Part shown: one piece after another, positions 8,032 to 17,702 of the stretch
Position numbering within the stretch: position 1 is the first letter of the stretch
Layout of the letters: each line of letters starts with the position of its first letter
Source: a virus
IMG/VR virus record: IMGVR_UViG_3300024981_000005
Length of the DNA: 49,157 nt
Direction: 5' to 3' (one strand)
Program-made: the position numbers and the translations under genes
The notes under the pieces: generated by a model
What the model saw: the letters and a program-made list of their open reading frames with translations, nothing else
Told to the model about the DNA's origin: nothing
Database searches by the model: none

Positions 8032-9171
8032 TTGCCACCCAACACTGAGACGGGCGAACTCGACAAAGACCTCGGCCTAACCCCTGCGACCACGCCCATT
8101 GCAGAGCCGGCCATCCCGGACGCTTCGGTTCCGCCCGAAGAAAATGCTCAGCAGCCGTCCAGCGAGCAGGACAACGCAGCGAAGGACGAGGGTCCGAAAA
8201 CGATGGCGGAAGCCATCGCAGACGCCCTCCAGCCCGAAGCGGCCTCGGAAGACGACACTGGCGAGAAAGGCGCGGACAAGAACGTCGCTCCGCCCGCCGA
8301 CAAGGTGCCCGACCCTGCCGCCGAAGCCAACGCCGACAAGTCCACGCAACCCGCCGAAGAAGATGGCGAGGCTGACGAAGACCCCAGCGAAGACGAGCTG
8401 AAAACCTACAGCCCGAAGTCGCAGAAGCGGGTCAAGCAACTGCTGAGCCAGCGGAACACGTTCCGCCGCGAAGCCGACGATCTGCGCGAAGACGCGGAGC
8501 ACTACCGGAATATCCGGAGCTTCATGTCCGACAGCAGGCTCGAAGACGGCGAAGTCGCGGAGCTGTTCAAGGTTGGCAAGCTGCTGAAAGGGACCGATCC
8601 GGCGGGCTTCGAAGCCGCGCTGGACATCGTGCTCCCCATCGCTGAGCAGCTTCTGGAACTGACCGGACGGTCGCTCCCGAAGGAACTCCGCGAGCAGGTT
8701 GAGAACGGCGCTCTGACCGAGGAGCACGCCCGCGAGCAAGCCAGACTGCGCACCCGCGCGATCATGGCCGAGCGGGAGCGCGACGAGGTTCGTACGACCG
8801 CGACGACCCAGCAGAGCCAGCAGTCCCGGATCGCCCACCAGACGGCAGTCAATACGGCTGTCGGCGCATGGGAAGCCCGGGTCCGTCAGTCCGACCCCGA
8901 CTTCGGCCTCAAGGCCGATGCGATGCGCGACGCCGCGCTGGCACTGGTCGCAGAGAAGGGTGCTCCGAAGACCGCAGAGGAAGCCGTCCAGTTCGCTCAA
9001 GCGACCTACGACAAGGTGAACTCGTGGTTCTCGAAAGCCCGTCCTGCTGCCCAGCCCAGCCGTCCAGCCCCCCGCTCCGGCTCGAACGGAAACCGAGCTG
9101 GCCTCGCCCCGGCACCCAAGACGCTTGAGGAAGCGATCAAGGGCGCCCTGTCCGCGAAGGCCGCGACCTAA
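8032..9171 (+). CDS. Scaffolding protein
   Basis: TTG start 8 nt after GGAG. The product is Ala/Glu/Asp/Pro-rich with long charged helical stretches and lies immediately upstream of the capsid gene. Confidence 0.65.
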   Translation: MPPNTETGELDKDLGLTPATTPIAEPAIPDASVPPEENAQQPSSEQDNAAKDEGPKTMAEAIADALQPEAASEDDTGEKGADKNVAPPADKVPDPAAEANADKSTQPAEEDGEADEDPSEDELKTYSPKSQKRVKQLLSQRNTFRREADDLREDAEHYRNIRSFMSDSRLEDGEVAELFKVGKLLKGTDPAGFEAALDIVLPIAEQLLELTGRSLPKELREQVENGALTEEHAREQARLRTRAIMAERERDEVRTTATTQQSQQSRIAHQTAVNTAVGAWEARVRQSDPDFGLKADAMRDAALALVAEKGAPKTAEEAVQFAQATYDKVNSWFSKARPAAQPSRPAPRSGSNGNRAGLAPAPKTLEEAIKGALSAKAAT

Positions 9172-9186
9172 AAGGGCATTCTACCA

Positions 9187-10290
9187 ATGTTCACCCAGAA
9201 CGAACTGGACAACATCGCCAACGCGGCGCTGGACTTCTATCTCAACAAGGGCGACGTGTTCCAGCAGTCGCTCCAGAGCCGCCCGCTCGTCAAGCTGATG
9301 GAAGGCTCCTCGAAGACCTTCCCGGGCGGCAAGGGCAAGATTTCCGTCGCCATCCAGTCGGCGTTCGGTGCCGGTGGCACCAACGACAGCCTCAAGGGCT
9401 ACACGCACAACGATCAGGTCGTGTTCTACAACCCGGCCAACATCAAGCGTGCTGAGTACCAGTGGCGCGAAATGCACATCGGCATCGAGGTCACGCACAC
9501 TGAACTCAAGCACGACGGCATCTCCGTCGTCAGCGAGTCCGGCGATACCTCGAACCACGCGGGCCGCGACGCCACGGCACTCGTGAACCTGTGGGACAAC
9601 AAGCTGTTCGACTTTGGCGAGCGTTACGCGCGCTCGCTCAATGAACTGCTCTGGGGTGACGGCACCGCCGACCCGAAGGCCATCGCTGGCCTGCGCGCTC
9701 TGCTCGTGGCCAACCCCACGGCGGGCATCGTCGGCGGCGTCAATCGTGCCACGGCGGCCAACAAGTTCTGGCGCAACCGCGCCCGCACTGCGGCCTACGC
9801 TGCGGCGGTCACCGGCGACGGTACGCTCGCCGGACACGGCGGCGATGCCGTGACTTCGAACGTCGCCAACGGCGGCGCCCTCTGGCAGGTACTCCAGGAG
9901 GAGCAGCGTCAGCTCCGCAAGTTCGGCGGCCAGCCGAACAAGTTCCTGGCGGGCTCCGACTTCATCGGGGCGCTGGAGAAGGAAATCCGTGCGAACGGTT
10001 CCTACTCGCAGACCGGCTTCAAGGGGTCGAAGGACGGCGCCATCGGGCCGATGCTCATGGACGGTACGACCGTCGAGTACGACCCGACGCTCGATGACCT
10101 CGGCCTCGCCAAGCGCGGCTACTGGTTCGACACCCGCCACGTCTATCTGATGAAGATGGTCGGTGAGTGGCGCAAGACCCACAACCCGGCGCGCCCGAGC
10201 GATCAGTTCGTGCTCAACCGCTCGATCACTTCGACCGGGCAGGTGGTGGGCCACCAGTTCAACTCGGCCCTCGTCATCGACATCACCTAA
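9187..10290 (+). CDS. Major capsid protein
   Basis: A 367-aa ORF follows the scaffold gene, is preceded by AAAGGG, and is followed by a stem-loop terminator. The call rests on position and size. Confidence 0.72.
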   Translation: MFTQNELDNIANAALDFYLNKGDVFQQSLQSRPLVKLMEGSSKTFPGGKGKISVAIQSAFGAGGTNDSLKGYTHNDQVVFYNPANIKRAEYQWREMHIGIEVTHTELKHDGISVVSESGDTSNHAGRDATALVNLWDNKLFDFGERYARSLNELLWGDGTADPKAIAGLRALLVANPTAGIVGGVNRATAANKFWRNRARTAAYAAAVTGDGTLAGHGGDAVTSNVANGGALWQVLQEEQRQLRKFGGQPNKFLAGSDFIGALEKEIRANGSYSQTGFKGSKDGAIGPMLMDGTTVEYDPTLDDLGLAKRGYWFDTRHVYLMKMVGEWRKTHNPARPSDQFVLNRSITSTGQVVGHQFNSALVIDIT

Positions 10291-10298
10291 CCGAACAC

Positions 10299-10330
10299 AG
10301 GGGTCGCCTCGCGGCGGCCCCTTCTTCCCT
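10299..10330 (+). terminator. Stem-loop plus pyrimidine/T-rich tail after the capsid gene (probably a partial terminator)
   Basis: AGGGGTCGCC-tcgc-GGCGGCCCCT followed by TCTTCCCTT. Confidence 0.55.
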
Positions 10331-10356
10331 TACGCTCACAGCCACCGGAGATAACC

Positions 10357-10773
10357 TTGGCACGCTTCCAGCTTCTCGGCTGCAACATCGTCATCGGCGG
10401 GGACAAGGACAACACCGTTGTCCGTGACAAGTTCGATCCTGTCACCCTTCCCGAGTTCATCATCCTGCGCACGATCCACGGCGGCGTGGACAACGTGACC
10501 GACCCCGTTGTGGTCGGCCATCGCGAAGTGCCGCCCGAGGCCGAACGCGAACGCCTCGCCCTCAAGTATGGAGAGGCCATCGTCGCGGGCCTGTTCCCCG
10601 GCGCTATGGCGGCTCTCCCGACGGAGGACGCCAGCGTTCCGACCGACGAGGAAGTCGAGGCGGGCGCCAAGGCCGCTCGCGCCGCCCGCAAGACCGTCCG
10701 TGACGGCGGCGGCGGCGGCAAGGAGCCACCGGCCAAGCCGAAGGGCGGTCAGCTCCCCGACCTGACGACCTAA
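10357..10773 (+). CDS. Hypothetical head-associated protein
   Basis: TTG start 8 nt after GGAG; 138 aa with a Gly/Lys/Pro-rich C-terminus. Confidence 0.55.
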   Translation: MARFQLLGCNIVIGGDKDNTVVRDKFDPVTLPEFIILRTIHGGVDNVTDPVVVGHREVPPEAERERLALKYGEAIVAGLFPGAMAALPTEDASVPTDEEVEAGAKAARAARKTVRDGGGGGKEPPAKPKGGQLPDLTT

Positions 10774-10794
10774 AGCCCGTTCTAGGATCACTTC

Positions 10795-11508
10795 ATGCGC
10801 TTCCAGACCCTGCAAGAGATGCTGTCCGACCTCCGCGCCGAGGCCGGTATTTCGCAGAACGTTGCGCATGGAGTAACGGCGGTCGAGCCGCACAAGGCGC
10901 TGCTGCGTCGCGTGCAGGAGGAGCTGTATCTGGCCTATGATTGGCCGCATCTCCAGACCTCCACAATCGTGTCCGTGTCCGCAGGTACGCGCTTCAAGGC
11001 GTACCCGGACACGTTCACCTTTGACGGCATCGAGCGGGCCTACACGAAGGACGCCTCCGACAAGTGGCGCCCTCTCGGCTATGGCATCACCACCGAAGAC
11101 TTCAATGTCTACGACAGCGACGCGGACGAACGGACGTTCCCGATCCGCTCGTGGCAGAACTACATGCAGGACACCGGCGACACGTCGAACAACATGTTCG
11201 AGGTCTGGCCGATCCCGGACACCAACACGTCGATCAAGTTCGAGGGAAAGCGCTCCATCTTCCCGCTCGACGCGGACGACAAGACCTCGACGCTCGACGG
11301 CCCCGTTATCGTGCTGTTTGCCGCCGCCGAACTTCTCGCGCGGCAGAAGGGCGACGACGCGGGGCTCAAGCTCCAGAAGGGGCAGGATCGGCTCCGTCTC
11401 CTCAAGATCAGGCAGCGCGGCAAGAACGCGCGCCCAGCCAACCTCGCGGGCGGCGGTGCCAGGCGCGTGCTCCGGCCCGGGCTCGACTACATGCCCCGGA
11501 GGTCGTGA
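10795..11508 (+). CDS. Head-tail adaptor / tail tubular protein A-like
   Basis: The position matches T7 gp11. The N-terminal pattern (LQEMLSDLRAEAG ... LLRRVQEELYLAYDWPHL) resembles podovirus adaptor proteins as I recall them. Confidence 0.5.
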   Translation: MRFQTLQEMLSDLRAEAGISQNVAHGVTAVEPHKALLRRVQEELYLAYDWPHLQTSTIVSVSAGTRFKAYPDTFTFDGIERAYTKDASDKWRPLGYGITTEDFNVYDSDADERTFPIRSWQNYMQDTGDTSNNMFEVWPIPDTNTSIKFEGKRSIFPLDADDKTSTLDGPVIVLFAAAELLARQKGDDAGLKLQKGQDRLRLLKIRQRGKNARPANLAGGGARRVLRPGLDYMPRRS

Positions 11509-12969
11509 TTGGCCTACGTCATCATCGAGAATTTCTCGCAGGGCGTGGACCTCCGCAAGTCGGACATCACGTCGCCGCCCGGGTCGCTCCGCAAGCTGCG
11601 AAACGCCTTCGTCAACGTCGGCGGGGAGGTCGAGAAGCGGAAGGCCTTCACGTCCGTTGGATCGCTGCCAGCGGGCCAGACAAAGGGCCTCGCATTCCGC
11701 AACAATCGACTGGCTGTGTTCGGTACGCTGGCGGCGGGCAGCGTAGGAACGCTGGCGCCCTATACGGACTACTACCAGCTCATCCCCTCGGTGGGTGGCC
11801 TCACCATTGACCGCGTGCTCGACGTGTCGCCCTTCAAGGGCGGGCTCTATGTCATCGCGCGCTTCTCGGACACCAGCGTCCGGCACTTCTACGTCAACGG
11901 CGCTACGGCGAACCAAGTCACCAGCGGCTCGGTGGCGGGCACCAACGCGCGCACGCACTCCACCAAGCAGTATGTGGTCGATGGCCGGAACCTCCGGTTC
12001 TCGGCTGTGGGCGACAGCGCCGACTTCGCGGGCATTGGCTCGGGCATCATTGACGTGTCCGAGCAGGACACGGGCTCGACCGAACTTGTCGGCATCGAGC
12101 AGTACTACTCGTACCTGGCGCTGTTCGCCCGCAATGCCATCCAGCTCTGGATGATGGACCCGGACCCGGCCAAGAACTCGCTGATCCAGACGCTGGGCAA
12201 CATCGGGCTCGTGGCGGCGAACGCCGTCGCCAAGTATGGAAACGGCGACGTGCTGTTCCTGTCCGACACCGGCATCCGCTCTCTGCGTGCTCGCGACAGC
12301 TCCTCTGCCGCCGTGCTCAACGACATTGGCTCTCCGATGGACCCGAAGGTCGCAGAGAAGCGTGCGGTTCTGACGCCGACCGCCGCCGAAAAACTGACAG
12401 CCCTGGTGGACCCTCTCTCGGGGCACTGGTGGCTCATCTGGGGCGACGAAGTGTTCGTGCTCGCCTACTACCCCAACTCCAAGGTAACGGCGTGGTCCAT
12501 CTTCGAGCCGCCCATCTCGGTGGACTACTCGACGCTGGCGAACTCGCGCCTCGTGTTCCGCGCGGGCGAGGAGCTGTTCGTTTACGGCTCGGTGCCCGCC
12601 AGCGGCTCGCCCTTCGACCCCAACGTGCCCGTGGGCTCGTCTGCGGCGCTCTATGACAGCGCGCCGGTGGAGCTTGAGCTGCCGCCGGTGGACGCCAGCA
12701 AACCTGCAACGACCAAGCTCTGGCAGGCGCTGGACGTGGCGTGCGAGGGTACTTGGGCCGTCTACATCAATCCGAACCCTTCGCAGGCGCCCAACACGTG
12801 GACGCTGGTGTCCACAGTGGCGGGTACGACCTACGGGCTGGACCTCCTGCCAATCGGCATCCGGTCCACGCACCTTGCCGTGAAGCTCGTCTCGCAGACG
12901 ACCGGTGTCCAGCGGGTCGCCCGCGTCGTCGTCCACTACGAGGATGGCGCGAAGGACAACAAGAATTGA
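11509..12969 (+). CDS. Tail tubular protein B / nozzle-like protein
   Basis: TTG start 7 nt after GGAGG with a TGATTG junction; 486 aa, beta-rich. The call is positional. Confidence 0.5.
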   Translation: MAYVIIENFSQGVDLRKSDITSPPGSLRKLRNAFVNVGGEVEKRKAFTSVGSLPAGQTKGLAFRNNRLAVFGTLAAGSVGTLAPYTDYYQLIPSVGGLTIDRVLDVSPFKGGLYVIARFSDTSVRHFYVNGATANQVTSGSVAGTNARTHSTKQYVVDGRNLRFSAVGDSADFAGIGSGIIDVSEQDTGSTELVGIEQYYSYLALFARNAIQLWMMDPDPAKNSLIQTLGNIGLVAANAVAKYGNGDVLFLSDTGIRSLRARDSSSAAVLNDIGSPMDPKVAEKRAVLTPTAAEKLTALVDPLSGHWWLIWGDEVFVLAYYPNSKVTAWSIFEPPISVDYSTLANSRLVFRAGEELFVYGSVPASGSPFDPNVPVGSSAALYDSAPVELELPPVDASKPATTKLWQALDVACEGTWAVYINPNPSQAPNTWTLVSTVAGTTYGLDLLPIGIRSTHLAVKLVSQTTGVQRVARVVVHYEDGAKDNKN

Positions 12970-13508
12970 TGAAGACCCGGCTTCTCCCGGCACCGCCGCT
13001 CGAAGACGTGCATTGGGTCGCGCTTCGCATGCGCGACCGCGACCGCGAGGAAATCTTCGCCACGCAATGGACCGATGATGTGGTTGAATTGGTCGAGGCG
13101 GTGCGTGCGTCTGGCACATTCCGCTGGGGCGTCTACATTGGCTCCCGGCCCGTGGCCATGATCGGCGCAGCGCCGCGTTGGCCCCGCGTCTGGAATGCGT
13201 GGGCCTTCGGCACGGATGAGTGGCCGCGTGTCGTGAAGACGGTCACCCGGCATGTCCGCGACTTCATGATCCCGGGGCTACACAACGCGGGCGCGATCCG
13301 CGTTGACGCCACGGCGCTGGAGTCGCACACCGACGCACGGCGCTGGCTCACCGCGCTGGGCGCGACCCCCGGAATGCCGCTTGCGAACCACGGCAAAGAT
13401 GGGCAGACCTTCGTCACCTACTCCTGGTTGCGACAAGACCTCCTCGCTGCTCCCGCAACGGCAGTTCCAACTTTGGAATTGAACCGTGTGCGGACCCGGA
13501 ACGAATAG
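12969..13508 (+). CDS. Internal virion protein, T7 gp13 / GNAT-fold-like (tentative)
   Basis: TGATG overlap with the previous gene; 179 aa. The position and the W/R-rich pattern (RWGVYIGSRPVAMIGAAP ... ARRWLTALGATP) are reminiscent of gp13-type proteins. Confidence 0.5.
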   Translation: MKTRLLPAPPLEDVHWVALRMRDRDREEIFATQWTDDVVELVEAVRASGTFRWGVYIGSRPVAMIGAAPRWPRVWNAWAFGTDEWPRVVKTVTRHVRDFMIPGLHNAGAIRVDATALESHTDARRWLTALGATPGMPLANHGKDGQTFVTYSWLRQDLLAAPATAVPTLELNRVRTRNE

Positions 13509-14181
13509 CGGCCAGAAGCCCAAGGGCAACGGCGGAACCGGCAACGGGGGCAAAGGCAAGGGCAAAGGCGACGATGGCAAGACCAAGACCATCGAGCAAC
13601 TGCTGCTTGAGGAAGCCGAAGCTGCGCGACTTCGCGAGGAGGAGCGGCAGGGCCGTATCAAGGCGGGCATGGCCGATATCGACGCCACGTTCGCGGGCTT
13701 TGGCGACGACTTCTACAAGAACCGGAAGACGGCCTTCCTCGACTTTTACCAGCCCCAGCTCAACGATCAGTTCAAGGACGCGCGGGATCAGGTGACGTTC
13801 GCGCTCGCGCGCAACGGCACGCTCAATTCCACCATCGCGGCGGACGAGGCCGCGAAGCTCGGTAAGAAGTACTCTCTCGAAACCGGCTCGCTCGTGTCCC
13901 GGGCAGAAGGCGACGCCAGCGCGCTGCGCTCGAACATCGAGAACCAGAAGTCGGCCATCAAGTCCCAGCTCAACGCGACGGGCGACGTGGCCTCCGCTAC
14001 CAACGACGCGCTTGCCCGCACCAAGATGATCTACGAGGACCGCCCCGACTACTCTCCGCTGGGCGACATCTTCGGCGGCGTGGGCGACGCCATCGGCAAC
14101 TACTCGGCGGCCACGCGAAACAGGCAGCTCTATGACGCGTATTTCGGCAACAGCGGCGGCGCTGCTAGGACGGTAGTCTAA
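13486..14181 (+). CDS. Internal virion protein (hypothetical)
   Basis: GTG start; Gly/Lys-rich N-terminus followed by helical regions, within the virion module. Confidence 0.55.
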   Translation: MCGPGTNSGQKPKGNGGTGNGGKGKGKGDDGKTKTIEQLLLEEAEAARLREEERQGRIKAGMADIDATFAGFGDDFYKNRKTAFLDFYQPQLNDQFKDARDQVTFALARNGTLNSTIAADEAAKLGKKYSLETGSLVSRAEGDASALRSNIENQKSAIKSQLNATGDVASATNDALARTKMIYEDRPDYSPLGDIFGGVGDAIGNYSAATRNRQLYDAYFGNSGGAARTVV

Positions 14182-14819
14182 TGTGCAACCCGGCAATGAT
14201 CATCCCCGCCGTCGGCGCAGGCCTGAGCATCGCAGGCGGTGTCGTTCGCGGCAACGAGAACGCCGCCTACACGGACGCCGTGCAGGCCGCTGAGCGCAAG
14301 GCGTTCAAGCGGTCGCTGAAAGCCCGCAAGAAGGAAATCAAGCGGCAGGGCGAGTGGGAGAACCAGTCGTTCGGCGCCATCGACGCGACGCGCAGCGCGC
14401 TGGGCACGGAGAATTTCGACCAGTCCCGTGAGCGCGCCATCGGTTCGTTCATGGATACTCTCGCGGCGCGCCCCGGCAGCATCGAAGGCGGCTTCACGCT
14501 GTCCGGCCAGGGCGACGCCTCCAACGAAGTGAAACAGGAAATCGCGCGCCGCGCCGCTGCCGCTGCCGCCGAGGCTCGCAGCCGCGTGGACTCGCTGGCC
14601 AAACTGACCAGCTACGACGGCGCCTCGCTCGACCGCACCATCGCGCTCGGCAACAACGCCGACACTCTCGCGACCATCGGCGGCTTCCGTCGCGGTTCGC
14701 TCGGCGTGTCGCAGTCGGAGCAGTCGATCCCGGCGGCCACGGTCCAGAGGCCGGACGGAACCATCGCGGACATTCTCTCGGGCGCGGGCGGCGTGCTGTC
14801 CGGCATCCCGAGTTACTGA
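14181..14819 (+). CDS. Internal virion protein with an N-terminal hydrophobic segment
   Basis: TAATG overlap with the previous gene; N-terminus MCNPAMIIPAVGAGLSIAGGVV. Confidence 0.6.
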   Translation: MCNPAMIIPAVGAGLSIAGGVVRGNENAAYTDAVQAAERKAFKRSLKARKKEIKRQGEWENQSFGAIDATRSALGTENFDQSRERAIGSFMDTLAARPGSIEGGFTLSGQGDASNEVKQEIARRAAAAAAEARSRVDSLAKLTSYDGASLDRTIALGNNADTLATIGGFRRGSLGVSQSEQSIPAATVQRPDGTIADILSGAGGVLSGIPSY

Positions 14820-14832
14820 GGAGCCCTCGACC

Positions 14833-16065
14833 GTGGCAAACATGACCATCCAGAACCCCGGCCTCGGCAAGCTCTTTTCGGGCCTCGCGTCCGCTCTTGG
14901 CGGTGGCGACGCCGAGAGCCTGATCCGGGCGGACCTCGCCAAGACCCAGCGCGACAACGTGCTGTCGGACACGGCCATCAATCAATCGAAGCTCGCGACC
15001 CTCCAGCGGCAGGAAACCGCAATGAAGTCGCTGGCCGACATTCTGGGCGACCCCACGCTGGCCACGACGGCGGAGGGGCGTGCCTCGCTCATGTCCGTGC
15101 TGTCGCAGGTTCCGGACGGGCTCCAGTACGGGCCGGGCTTTGCTCTTGGCAGCTCGACCTTCACCAACCCGCAGGTGTTCAACGACGCGGACCTGTCCAA
15201 GGCGGCGCTCGGCACGGGCGTGGTGTCCGACTACGCGAACACCCCCACGGGGCTGGCGCAGACGCTCGCCGGTGACATGGAGAAGGCCGCGCTCCAGGAG
15301 CAGGGCGACACCTACCGCAAAATCCTCGAAATCGCGAACCCGGGCTCGGGCTCGGGGCGTGTGCCGCCAACCGTCGAGTTCGATGATGTCGAGGCGTTCT
15401 CGGGTGCCATTGACGAAGCCCTCGCCAACCAGTTCGGCGGGACCGCCGTGGACCCGCAACTCCGTGACGCGCTGATCGCGCATGCTGTCCAACTTTTCCA
15501 GCAGAGCCGCAACGCGCCGATGGCTGTCCAGCAGGCGCTGGCCGACTTCGAGATGGCGCAGACGACCGAAGGCGCGAGCAACGCCGGTGTCCCGTTCCAG
15601 CAGGCTGGCGCAGTGCTCGGCCCGCTCCTTGGCGCCCCGGCGTCCGCGATCGGCGGCATGATGAACAGCCCCGGCCAGACGACCGTCACCGGCGCCATGC
15701 GCCCGGGCGCGAACACGTCCGTGCTGCCGCAGGTTGTCATCCCGCCGGACGTGGCCGCCGCGACCAACACCCCGGTTCTGCCGCAGATGATGCAACCCGC
15801 CGCGCCGGCAGCGCCCGCAGCTCCTGCGCCCCCGGCGCCCGTCGCCGCGCCCGCGCAGGCCGCTCCCGCCGCTGTCCCGGGCGCGATCCCGCCCGAGCAG
15901 CTCCCGGCGGGGCTTCGCAACGTGACGCAGGCGCCGGACGGATCGTTCGTGTGGACCGCTCCGAACGGCCAGCAAATGGTCCTCGAAGAAGGCCAGACGT
16001 TCGTGTCCCCCACGACCGGCCAGCGCATCATGTGGCAGGGCGGCCAGTGGGTGCAGGTCCAGTGA
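14833..16065 (+). CDS. Internal virion protein with a Pro/Ala-rich C-terminal part
   Basis: Track ORF with GTG 14833 or ATG 14842 as start, within the virion module. Confidence 0.6.
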   Translation: MANMTIQNPGLGKLFSGLASALGGGDAESLIRADLAKTQRDNVLSDTAINQSKLATLQRQETAMKSLADILGDPTLATTAEGRASLMSVLSQVPDGLQYGPGFALGSSTFTNPQVFNDADLSKAALGTGVVSDYANTPTGLAQTLAGDMEKAALQEQGDTYRKILEIANPGSGSGRVPPTVEFDDVEAFSGAIDEALANQFGGTAVDPQLRDALIAHAVQLFQQSRNAPMAVQQALADFEMAQTTEGASNAGVPFQQAGAVLGPLLGAPASAIGGMMNSPGQTTVTGAMRPGANTSVLPQVVIPPDVAAATNTPVLPQMMQPAAPAAPAAPAPPAPVAAPAQAAPAAVPGAIPPEQLPAGLRNVTQAPDGSFVWTAPNGQQMVLEEGQTFVSPTTGQRIMWQGGQWVQVQ

Positions 16066-16108
16066 CTTGGGCCTGCTCCAAACCATCGTTCTAATCTTGG
16101 GGCTCGGA

Positions 16109-17626
16109 ATGGCTACCAACACCGACCTGACGACCGACATCATCCGCCAGCATGAAGGCTACCGCTCCAAGGCGTATTGGGACCGGAATGCTTGGCGCAT
16201 CGGCTACGGCTCGGACACCACGACCCTTGAGGACGGCACTGTCGTCAAGGTGAAGAAGACCTCGAAGACCAACCGCGCCGCCGCCGAGCGTGACCTTGCG
16301 CGGCGCATCCCCGAGTTCCAACAGGAAGGCATCATTGCCTATGTCGGGCAGGATGCTTGGAACAACCTCACGCCGCAGGCGCAGGCGGCGGTGACTTCGC
16401 TCGCCTACAACTACGGGTCGCTCGCGAAGCTCCCTTCGCTCCGCAAGGCAATCAAGTCGGGCGACATGACCAAGGTCGCGAACGCGATCGAGGCACGCAG
16501 CGTGGACAACGGCGGCATCAATTCGCGCCGCCGCAAGGAGGAGGCCGCGCTGGTCGCTGGACATCCGGTTGTCCCGGGCTCGCTTCCGGGCGACGAGACT
16601 GCTGTCGCGACCTCGCTCGACGTGACCCCGACTGCGCCGACGCCGCTGGCGCGTCCGCTCGCGCTCACGTCGCCCGGCGCGGCTGTCGTCGGCGCCAAGG
16701 TCGGCGCCCCGGCGGCCCGCGCAACGCCCGTGCTGCCGAACCGCGCCGGCTTTGTAGCGGACACGGTTGACGAGACGCGCACGCCCGTGCTGCCTTCGAC
16801 CCCGGCGAAGACCAGCGTGCCCGCTTGGAACAAGACTGTGCAGCAGATCGGCCAAGAGGCCGACAACGCCCGCCTGTCGGGCTACCGCGCCATCCAAGAG
16901 GGCACGGCGGGGCGCCCGGTGACGCCCGGGCCGAGTGGTCCGCAGTGGACTTCGGTCGGCACCAACAAGACCCCGATGCTGCCCCTCACGGACCCGGCCA
17001 ACGGTGTCCAGCCGCGCAAGGTGAACACCGTGACGCAGCGCCCGGACGGGACCGTCATCAACGGCTCGGCGGGCATTGCGGGGGCGGAGAGCCTGCCGCC
17101 CGGGCACACGCCCGTGCTCCCGAACATGCCGCAGACGAACACCGAAGTCGTCACCGTCAAGGTCCGCAACCCGGCCTATGACGAGTGGATGAAGTCGCGC
17201 AACGTCGCGCCGGTCCCCGCTGCCGCGATGCAGGACATCTCGGCGGAGACGACGCGCAACGAGCAGGCGATCATGCGCCAGCAGGCCGCCTCGCGCGGCG
17301 CACTCGCTGGCGCTGCTGCCGGTGTCGGCATGGGCGCGGCGGGCGCCGCTCCGCCGCCCGAATACATCACGACGCAGAAGACCGTCACCACTGTGCTGCC
17401 GAGCCAGCAGCCGACGACGCAGCGCCAGCCCCAGCCGAAGGCGAAGACCACGCCGGTGCTCCCCGCGAAGGATCACCAGACGGCCTATCGCGCAAAGCGC
17501 CCAATCACATACACGCCGCATCCCGAGAACCGCACGGTCGGCTCCGGGAAGGAAATCAACGGCGTGGACATCGCCTTCATGCCCAAGTCGGTGCAGGACA
17601 GCTCGCGCTGGAACACCGGCTACTAA
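16109..17626 (+). CDS. Virion-associated peptidoglycan hydrolase: N-terminal GH24 lysozyme domain plus an extension with five TPVLP-type motifs
   Basis: IIRQHEGYRSKAYWDRNAWRIGYGS (E-x8-D). TP(V/M)LP occurs five times. An alternative TTG start at 16067 would add a hydrophobic leader LLQTIVLILGLG. Confidence 0.78.
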   Translation: MATNTDLTTDIIRQHEGYRSKAYWDRNAWRIGYGSDTTTLEDGTVVKVKKTSKTNRAAAERDLARRIPEFQQEGIIAYVGQDAWNNLTPQAQAAVTSLAYNYGSLAKLPSLRKAIKSGDMTKVANAIEARSVDNGGINSRRRKEEAALVAGHPVVPGSLPGDETAVATSLDVTPTAPTPLARPLALTSPGAAVVGAKVGAPAARATPVLPNRAGFVADTVDETRTPVLPSTPAKTSVPAWNKTVQQIGQEADNARLSGYRAIQEGTAGRPVTPGPSGPQWTSVGTNKTPMLPLTDPANGVQPRKVNTVTQRPDGTVINGSAGIAGAESLPPGHTPVLPNMPQTNTEVVTVKVRNPAYDEWMKSRNVAPVPAAAMQDISAETTRNEQAIMRQQAASRGALAGAAAGVGMGAAGAAPPPEYITTQKTVTTVLPSQQPTTQRQPQPKAKTTPVLPAKDHQTAYRAKRPITYTPHPENRTVGSGKEINGVDIAFMPKSVQDSSRWNTGY

Positions 17627-17702
17627 CCCCGTTGTTCGCTGTTGCCGAAGCAGGCAACGGCGAGCAACAACGGGGTGAACTACCACATAGCTTGGACACC
17701 CC

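Noticed and set aside
10795-17626. A programmed frameshift tail-chaperone pair or a tape-measure gene.
   Set aside because: The virion module is of the short-tailed type (adaptor, nozzle, internal core proteins). No tape-measure-like helical giant precedes baseplate genes, and I noticed no slippery heptamer with overlapping ORFs.
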